Part shown: positions 29,481 through 35,903 of the stretch, in pieces | How the letters are laid out: each line of letters starts with the position of its first letter | How positions within the stretch are numbered: position 1 is the stretch's first letter | NCBI GenBank assembly: GCA_905215655.1 | Contig: CAJMQT010000001.1 | Coordinates: forward strand, 1-35,903 | Reading direction: 5' to 3' | DNA length: 35,903 nucleotides | DNA from: an uncultured bacterium | Lineage (GTDB): Bacteria > Bacteroidota > Bacteroidia > Bacteroidales > Bacteroidaceae | Position numbers and translations under genes: made by a program | Notes under the pieces: model-generated | The model's input: only the letters and a program-made list of their open reading frames with translations | Databases searched by the model: none | Told to the model about the DNA's origin: nothing

Positions 29481-29568
29481 AAAAGGTAAGCTTTTGCGTT
29501 CCAAAAGGTAAGCTTTTACACGCTGAAAGGCGGTCTTTTGGAACGCAAAAGACCGCCTTTTGGAAATC
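29481..29568 (+). repeat. 22-bp-period palindromic array 4
   Basis: Units start at 29481, 29503, 29525, 29547; followed by TAACTCGTTGATTATTAG. Confidence 0.9.
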
Positions 29569-29732
29569 AGAGTAAAGCCTGTTCGTAACTCGTTGATTAT
29601 TAGTTGTTTTCCTGTTTCCTTCTTTTTACCGCAAAGTGCTATGGTGAAAGGATGTCTGAACTTGATAAAATCGCTGCGGAAGCGGTATGGATTGTTGAAC
29701 TGAAATGGTCTGAAATCTTTATCGGGCACTCG

Positions 29733-30479
29733 TTAATTGATCTTGATATCACCCGAACCGGTGGTCTTCTCATGGTGCGACTTGACGCTGCCTTTTATCC
29801 TGATGTCTCCCGAACCCGTCAATTGGCTCTCCGCATGACCGATGACGGCGTTGCCGATATTGATGTCGCCCGAGCCTGTTACAGAGCTTTCCACGCGTCT
29901 TATCTTTGCGTTGTCGATGTCGATGTTGCCTGAGCCGGTCACGGAAATGGTACAATCAGCCGTCGTCAGTCTGCCTATCTCGACCTCTCCGCTGCCGGAA
30001 ACTTTTACTGACGCCCTGTTGCAGATTATGTCTTTGATGTCTACGTCGCCGCTGCCTGCAACCTTTATGTTCATAACATCCGTGTCAATGCCGCCTTTAA
30101 CCTCAAATTCGCCCGAGCCGGTTACAGTAACGCCTCTCATGTTGGGCGACGAAGCGAACACGTCAACGTTGCTCGAACCGTTTAATTTGAAGAGAGAACT
30201 TATGTTGCCATGTCGTTTCTTCCCGATGTGAAGAGCGCCGTTTTTACATGTGATATCCATTTCTTCAATCTCTTCCTCGGGACCTCGCATTATCACGGAT
30301 GTGGTGTCGCTCTGAATGAAATGTACGTTCTGACTTCCCGAAACCGTTATCTCGCTGAATTCACCGACGTTAACTTTCTCGGTCTTTACTTTCCCACCGG
30401 CTTGAATATTGCTTTCCGATGTGCATGCTGTCAGCGACATTGCCGCCGCGATAAACGAAATGATAATAGATGTCTTCAT
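29733..30479 (-). CDS. DUF2807 / head GIN-domain lipoprotein (start at MKTSII)
   Basis: LTAC lipobox; repeated (S/T)GSG(D/E)(I/V) beta-helix motifs. Confidence 0.88.
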   Translation of the reverse strand: MKTSIIISFIAAAMSLTACTSESNIQAGGKVKTEKVNVGEFSEITVSGSQNVHFIQSDTTSVIMRGPEEEIEEMDITCKNGALHIGKKRHGNISSLFKLNGSSNVDVFASSPNMRGVTVTGSGEFEVKGGIDTDVMNIKVAGSGDVDIKDIICNRASVKVSGSGEVEIGRLTTADCTISVTGSGNIDIDNAKIRRVESSVTGSGDINIGNAVIGHAESQLTGSGDIRIKGSVKSHHEKTTGSGDIKIN

Positions 30480-30602
30480 ATTTTTTGTATTTGTTTTTGT
30501 CCTTTTTCTGAACCTTTTATCGTTTAGACGTGAATTAAGGAGAAAAAGTTGCATTTAGAAAAAAAGGTGTGCCAAAATGAGATTTACGGCGGAATAATAT
30601 GC

Positions 30603-30684
30603 AAGTAGGGACATGTCTTGGGCATATATGACTGTCTAACGTATTGATAATCAAATGAAACATGCCAAAGGCATGTCCCTACTT
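30603..30684. repeat. GTAG-family REP doublet (REPIN)
   Basis: AAGTAGGGACATGTCTTGGGCAT ... ATGCCAAAGGCATGTCCCTACTT; internal palindrome CATGCC-AAA-GGCATG. Confidence 0.8.
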
Positions 30685-30726
30685 CTGGATTGTTTTGTTT
30701 TTTGATACTTGCTCTTAATAAACTCG

Positions 30727-31257
30727 TTAAATAACAACATCCATTCTGATGTCGTGTTCGGATGCGGGGATTATCGGCATTTTCTGGAAATCAAAGCATA
30801 CGCCGACCTTGAAGACATTGGGTGTTTGGACAAGAAAGCGGTCATAATATCCCTTGCCTCGACCGAGCCGGTTGCAAGAGCTGTCAAAACTCATGCCCGG
30901 GATTACGGCTACATCTATCGCCGCATAATCGCGAAAGAGCGTTCCCGACGGCTCCATAATTCCGAATGCTCCCTGCCGAAGGTCATCCGGCGTATTGTAA
31001 ATCCTGAGTTCTATGTTCTCGCCGTCAATCACCCGCGGCAGCAGAACATGCTTGCCGGCGCTGACAAGACGGTTTATCGCCTCGTGAGTGAAGACCTCGT
31101 CGGGCAGCGAATGATACATAAGAATTGTTCCGGCGCTGACAATAGCAGGGTGGGCGAGTAACCTTTCAATAATCGGGCGCGACAAACCGACCAACTCTTC
31201 GTCGGTAAATTGGCTTTTCAGCGCGCGTATATGCTGTCTTAATTCTTGTTTGTTCAT
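30727..31257 (-). CDS. 5-formyltetrahydrofolate cyclo-ligase
   Basis: KQELR, FGIMEP, RLGRGKGYYDR and HDIRMD motifs. Confidence 0.95.
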   Translation of the reverse strand: MNKQELRQHIRALKSQFTDEELVGLSRPIIERLLAHPAIVSAGTILMYHSLPDEVFTHEAINRLVSAGKHVLLPRVIDGENIELRIYNTPDDLRQGAFGIMEPSGTLFRDYAAIDVAVIPGMSFDSSCNRLGRGKGYYDRFLVQTPNVFKVGVCFDFQKMPIIPASEHDIRMDVVI

Positions 31258-31270
31258 TTATTTTTTTAAG

Positions 31271-31320
31271 ACAAGTTTACTCGTCCCTCGTCTACTTGTT
31301 TGCTCGTCTACTTGTCCACT
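31271..31320. repeat. CT(C/T)GTC(T/C)A octamer intergenic repeats
   Basis: ctcgtccctcgtctacttgtttgctcgtctacttgtccact. Confidence 0.65.
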
Positions 31321-31324
31321 AAAA

Positions 31325-32956
31325 TCATTTCTTTTCCGGTTTTTTCGGGAAAGCCGTACCGTTTTTAAACACTTTCAGCGCCGCCTTGATTACGTTGTCA
31401 TCCAGATTGATGTATTGGATCCAAGCGTCTTCGTCCATTATGTTGTAAATGATGCGGCTGTTGATGTAGCGTTCCAGCAGGTTGTGCGACTTCTTGATCA
31501 TCAGGTTGCGGCGTTGCAGACCGTTTCGGTCGGCATAAGTGGCGAACTTATCCACCGTGTTCTGTTTGACAAGATAGTCTGAAAGCTCCATCATCTCCGT
31601 GAAGTTGTTCAGTTTCAGACGGTTGTCATCTGTGTATGTGAATGCGAATTGCAGTATCAGACCGCTCATGCTCGCCTCCTTGAAGTATGAAGTCATGCCG
31701 AGTGTGTCTTCCGGAACGAAGATATCGGGCGTGATACCTCCTCCGCCGTAAACCGTCCTGCCAATGCTTGTGTGGTAAGCCGGTCCCGTGTGCTTGATAC
31801 TGTCTTGCGAGAAGAACTCTCCATGCTGGTATCTGGTCAGCAGGTCTGCCTCGTAATCCTTGTCCTCGCCCAAGACATAAGGCTTTTGGATGCATCTGCC
31901 CGACGGCGTGTAATAACGTGCGATGGTCAGACGTATCATCGATTTGTCGGGAAATTCTATCTGTTTCTGTACCAGACCCTTGCCGAATGAGCGGCGACCG
32001 ATGATTGTGGCGCGGTCGTTGTCTTGCATCGCGCCGGCAAAAATCTCTGATGCCGACGCCGAGGTCTCGTTAATCAGCACGATGAGAGGTATGTTCTGAT
32101 AGCTGCCTCTGCCGTCGCTCTTGTAGTCTTGGCGCGGAGATTTGCGTCCCTCGGTGTACACGATGAGACGGTTCTTAGGCAGAAATTCGTTAGCCATCTG
32201 CACCGCCGACTGCAAGTATCCGCCCGTGTTGTCGCGCAGGTCGATGACAAGGTTGCCGAAACCCTCCTGCGACAGTTGGGCGAGGGCGATGAGCAGCTCG
32301 GAATATGTGCTCTCTCCGAAGCTCTTTATCTTGATATAGCCCGTGTTTTCGTCAAGCATGTAAGCGGCGCTGATACTCTTCTGAGGTATGTCGGCACGAG
32401 TGATGGTAAATTCTTTCACCTTCTTCTGCCCGTAGCGTAGCACCCCGATCTTCACTTTCGTGTCCTTCGGACCTTTCAGACGGTGCATCGCCTCCTCGTT
32501 GGTGACAATCTTTCCGACGAAGGGTTTGCCGTCGACGCTTACTATCTTGTCGCCGGCAAGGATGCCCGCCTGTTCCGCCGGACCGTTCTTTATCACTCCT
32601 TGAATGCGTATGGTGTCGTTGCGGATTACGAATTCTATTCCTACTCCCGAGAACGAACCTTTCAAATCGTCGGTGGCAAGCTGCACGTCTTTTGCCGAGA
32701 TATACACCGAATGCGGGTCGAGGTCGGCAAGAATTTGTGGTATCGCCTTGTCAACGAGCGAGTCGATGTTTATCGCGTCGACGTACTGGTCGTCAATGAT
32801 GTGAAGCAGGTTGTTCAGTCTGTTGCTGCCGGAGTTGATGATGTTGAGCCTGTTTCCTGAGAAGTGGTTGGCATAGAACGTGCCGATAATAATGCCAAGC
32901 ACCACGCAGAACGCCATCATCAGCGGCATCAGACGATTTGATTTATTCGGTTCCAT
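31325..32956 (-). CDS. S41 family C-terminal processing peptidase (PDZ)
   Basis: LDPHS, DLRDNTGG, SASASEI, SFGKGLVQ and YYTPSGR motifs. Confidence 0.96.
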   Translation of the reverse strand: MEPNKSNRLMPLMMAFCVVLGIIIGTFYANHFSGNRLNIINSGSNRLNNLLHIIDDQYVDAINIDSLVDKAIPQILADLDPHSVYISAKDVQLATDDLKGSFSGVGIEFVIRNDTIRIQGVIKNGPAEQAGILAGDKIVSVDGKPFVGKIVTNEEAMHRLKGPKDTKVKIGVLRYGQKKVKEFTITRADIPQKSISAAYMLDENTGYIKIKSFGESTYSELLIALAQLSQEGFGNLVIDLRDNTGGYLQSAVQMANEFLPKNRLIVYTEGRKSPRQDYKSDGRGSYQNIPLIVLINETSASASEIFAGAMQDNDRATIIGRRSFGKGLVQKQIEFPDKSMIRLTIARYYTPSGRCIQKPYVLGEDKDYEADLLTRYQHGEFFSQDSIKHTGPAYHTSIGRTVYGGGGITPDIFVPEDTLGMTSYFKEASMSGLILQFAFTYTDDNRLKLNNFTEMMELSDYLVKQNTVDKFATYADRNGLQRRNLMIKKSHNLLERYINSRIIYNIMDEDAWIQYINLDDNVIKAALKVFKNGTAFPKKPEKK

Positions 32957-33410
32957 ATTCGTCCGGGTTTAGATATATAACTTCGATATTTGCTCTTTTC
33001 AACAGGTTTATGCCGTCTTCGAGCCGGTATTTCTCGCCGTAGACCACACGCTTTATGCCGGCCTGAATGATAAGTTTGGAGCACTCGATGCAGGGCGACG
33101 CCGTGACGTAAAGTGTCGAGCCGTCGCTGTTGTTCGAGCTTCGTGCCAGTTTCGTTATGGCGTTTGCCTCGGCGTGCAGCACGTAAGGTTTCGTGACGTT
33201 GTTGTCATCCTCGCACACGTTTTCAAAACCGCTCGGCGTACCGTTGTAGCCGTCGCTTATTATCATTTTGTCCTTGACCACCAGCGTGCCCACCTTGCGC
33301 CGCTCGCAGTAGCTGTTCTCTGCCCAGATGCGCGCCATGCGCAGATAGCGGAGGTCGAGAAGACGTTGTTTTTCGGCTGTTTCCATCGGTCTGTTATCGT
33401 TGTTTGTCAT
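32943..33410 (-). CDS. dCMP deaminase family protein
   Basis: GYNG, HAEANAI and PCIEC motifs; ATGA overlap with the M3 peptidase stop. Confidence 0.95.
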   Translation of the reverse strand: MTNNDNRPMETAEKQRLLDLRYLRMARIWAENSYCERRKVGTLVVKDKMIISDGYNGTPSGFENVCEDDNNVTKPYVLHAEANAITKLARSSNNSDGSTLYVTASPCIECSKLIIQAGIKRVVYGEKYRLEDGINLLKRANIEVIYLNPDEYGTE

Positions 33411-35506
33411 TTTTTGTTCGTTGTCTTGACGTGTTTCGGTTTTATTCCGTTCCTTTTCAGCAGCGCGTCGATTGTCGGTTCGCCACCTTTGAAACGCTTA
33501 TAGAGGGTCATGGGATGCTCCGTGCCACCCTTTGACAGGATGCAGTCGCGGAAACGCTGCGCCGTGTCGGGGTTGAAGATACCGTGTTTTTTGAACACGC
33601 TGAACGCGTCGGCGTCGAGCACCTCAGCCCATTTGTAACTGTAATATCCGGCGGCGTAGCCTCCCGCCATTATGTGGCTGAACTGCACCGTCATACATGT
33701 GTCGGTGCGCTGGCTGCCCAAGATTGCCTTCTTCCACGCCTTTTTTTCAAACGGGATGATGTCTTCGGTAAACTCTTCCTTTTTTGTGTAATAAGCCATG
33801 TCGAGCAGTCCGAGGCTGACTTGACGCAGACAGGCGTATGCCGCCATGAAGTTGCGGCTCTTGACAATGCGGTCGATAAGCTCGTCGGGGAGCGGCTCGC
33901 CCGTCTTATAATGAAAGGCGAAGGTGCGCAGAAACTCTTTCTCGACGGAGAAGTTTTCCATGAATTGTGACGGCAGCTCTACAAAATCCCACCATACGTT
34001 CGTGCCGGAAAGACTCTCAAACCGTGTGTTTGCGAACATGCCGTGCAGCGAGTGACCGAACTCATGCAGGAATGTCTCCACCTCGCCGAGCGTCAGCAGC
34101 GCCGGTTTCTCTTCCGTCGGTTTTGTAAGGTTCATCACGACGCTTACGTGCGGACGTACGTTCTCGCCCTTTCTGCTGATCCATTGTCCTTGGAATTCGG
34201 TCATCCATGCGCCGCCTTGCTTGCCTTTGCGCGGGTGGAAGTCGGCGTAGAACACGGCGAGATAAGAGCCGTCGCGGTCGAACACCTCGTAAGCCTTGAC
34301 GTCGGGATGATAGACGGGAATGTCTTTATTCTCCTTGAATGTTATGCCGTAAAGCCGATTGGCAAGTCCGAACACGCCGTCGATGACTTTCGACAACTCG
34401 AAATACGGTCGCAGCATCTCGGCGTCGATGTTAAACTTCTTCAACTGCAATTTGTGCGAGTAGTAGCTGAAATCCCACGGCTCAGTCTTGAAATCTTTTC
34501 CTTCAAGTTTTCTTGCCAGCTTGTTGATTTGCTCCACCTCTTTCTCTGCCGTCGGCTTGTAGGCGTCGATGAGGCTGTCAAGCAGTTTGTAAACGCCGCG
34601 CGCGTTGCCAGCCATGCGGTTTTTCAGCACATATTCGGCGTAAGTCTTGTAACCTAACAGCTGTGCAATCTCTCTTCTGAGATTGACAATGCGCTTGCAT
34701 ATTTCGAGGTTGTTGGTGTCGTTGTCGTGAGTGCAGACCGTGTTACGCGCCATGTATAGCTGCCGGCGCAGCTCACGGTCTTTGGCGTGAGTCATGAACG
34801 GGCTGTAACTCGGAAAGTCCGTCGTAATCACCCAGCCGTCAAGTCCGCGCTCCTTAGCCGCCATCCTTGCCGCCTCACGCGCCGTCTCGGGCAGTCCCTC
34901 GAGCCGGCTCTCGTCGGTGATGTGCATGGTGTAAGCCTTGTTCTCTTTCAATAAATTCTGTGAGAATTGCAGGGAGAGCATGCTTGCCTCTTCCGTCAGT
35001 CGCCTCAGCTTATCTTTTCCCTCGTCGTCCAAGAGGGCACCGCTGCGGCGAAAACTGTCGTAGCAGTTGTCAAGCAGCATTTTCTCTTCCGGAGTGAGCT
35101 TGCGGTGATGGCGGTGAACGGCTTGTATGCGTTCAAACAAACGGCGGTTCAGCCGCACGTCGTTGGCGTGTTTTGTCAATATGGGCTGCAACTTCTGCGC
35201 CAGCGCGTCCATCTCGTCGTTTGTTTCGGCGCTGAGCATGTTGAAGAACACCGTCGACACTCGCGACAGCAGGTCGTAATAACCGTCCTTGTCCTCGTCG
35301 ACGCTGATTATCGTATTGTCAAAAGTCGGTTTGTCAGGATTGTTTATCGTCTTTTCAATCTGTTCGTCATCACGCCGTATTCCCTCCATGAACGCCTCTT
35401 CGTAGTCTTCAAGGCGTATGCGGTCAAACGGCACGGTATCGTGCGGCGTGTTATACGGTTCAAAAAACGGGTTCTTGTGCTCTTTCTCTGTCATTGTTTC
35501 ATTCAT
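33407..35506 (-). CDS. M3 family metallopeptidase (Dcp/oligopeptidase A-like); start at MNETM
   Basis: HEFGH, DFVELPSQ and GYYSYKWAE motifs; TACCTTTG promoter on minus at 35535-35542 lies inside the longer ORF. Confidence 0.95.
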   Translation of the reverse strand: MNETMTEKEHKNPFFEPYNTPHDTVPFDRIRLEDYEEAFMEGIRRDDEQIEKTINNPDKPTFDNTIISVDEDKDGYYDLLSRVSTVFFNMLSAETNDEMDALAQKLQPILTKHANDVRLNRRLFERIQAVHRHHRKLTPEEKMLLDNCYDSFRRSGALLDDEGKDKLRRLTEEASMLSLQFSQNLLKENKAYTMHITDESRLEGLPETAREAARMAAKERGLDGWVITTDFPSYSPFMTHAKDRELRRQLYMARNTVCTHDNDTNNLEICKRIVNLRREIAQLLGYKTYAEYVLKNRMAGNARGVYKLLDSLIDAYKPTAEKEVEQINKLARKLEGKDFKTEPWDFSYYSHKLQLKKFNIDAEMLRPYFELSKVIDGVFGLANRLYGITFKENKDIPVYHPDVKAYEVFDRDGSYLAVFYADFHPRKGKQGGAWMTEFQGQWISRKGENVRPHVSVVMNLTKPTEEKPALLTLGEVETFLHEFGHSLHGMFANTRFESLSGTNVWWDFVELPSQFMENFSVEKEFLRTFAFHYKTGEPLPDELIDRIVKSRNFMAAYACLRQVSLGLLDMAYYTKKEEFTEDIIPFEKKAWKKAILGSQRTDTCMTVQFSHIMAGGYAAGYYSYKWAEVLDADAFSVFKKHGIFNPDTAQRFRDCILSKGGTEHPMTLYKRFKGGEPTIDALLKRNGIKPKHVKTTNKK

Positions 35507-35675
35507 ACCGGCGTACTTGTTCCTGTTTATCCCACAAAGGTAATAATTTTCTGCTTTGTGCTTAAAAGAAACAGATATTTTTAACTTATTTAATTTTACA
35601 CGGTAAATGAAAAGGTAATGAAAATACATTTCAACACCTCAACATAAGAACCGACAATAATCTGTCCCCGACTTG

Positions 35676-35723
35676 TGAACTGCACCCCAAAAGTTTTGTG
35701 TCTAACTTTTGGGGTGCAGTTCA
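35676..35723. mobile_element. 48-bp perfect hairpin resembling fused IS3-family ends
   Basis: TGAACTGCACCCCAAAAGTT-TTGTGTCT-AACTTTTGGGGTGCAGTTCA; TG...CA termini. Confidence 0.75.
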
Positions 35724-35766
35724 TACTGAAACCATGAACAGGGTAATCTTATACTTGTTTACTGTA

Positions 35767-35875
35767 TCAGGCATACCTTTTCTCTCCAAAAGATAACCTT
35801 TTACCTTCCAAAAGATAACCTTTTGCAATGTAAAAGACGGTCTTTGGTAATGTAAAATGCGGTCTTTTGGAAAAC
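35767..35875 (+). repeat. 22-bp-period palindromic array 5
   Basis: Units start at 35788, 35810, 35832, 35854, plus a degenerate unit at 35767. Confidence 0.9.
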
Positions 35876-35903
35876 AGAATGCTTTTAACCTGCATTATTC
35901 ATA

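Noticed and set aside
29439..29729. 96-aa ORF, and the small ORFs 14083-14271 and 13090-13290
   Set aside because: They run through repeats, promoters or hairpins and lack coding character
35507..35629. N-terminal extension of the M3 peptidase (likewise recF 19545-19598 and GIN 30480-30554)
   Set aside because: The extension spans promoter or AT-rich leader DNA; downstream ATGs fit better
1..35903. tRNA, rRNA or riboswitch (e.g. FMN upstream of ribH)
   Set aside because: No recognisable cloverleaf or conserved aptamer sequence seen by eye; Infernal/tRNAscan would be decisive

Overview
Bacteroidota chromosomal window, most likely Prevotella-like, judged from gene content and TAnnTTTG promoters. 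It is mostly minus-strand housekeeping genes (queG, DUF2723, purD, DPP-IV, THUMP methylase, cysE, xth, ribH, recF, S41 and M3 peptidases). Three things stand out. (1) An AT-rich islet (~13.95-15.3 kb) holds a HEPN Abi_2/AbiF-like toxin gene. Upstream lie two convergent, separately promoted hairpin sRNA candidates sharing a CCUCU..UGC loop motif, plus a possible integrase remnant. (2) A putative lipid operon (NTP transferase, ATP-grasp protein, CDP-alcohol phosphotransferase, HAD) has an ATP-grasp gene with ITPK1-like inositol-kinase motifs and no MIPS gene. (3) Five co-oriented intergenic arrays of a 22-bp unit (AAAAG-N5-CTTTT-N7) occur, one interrupted by a MITE. There are also a GTAG REPIN, two copies of a ~48-bp IS3-end-like hairpin, and heptamer/octamer repeats. 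All family assignments come from motif recognition; no searches were run.
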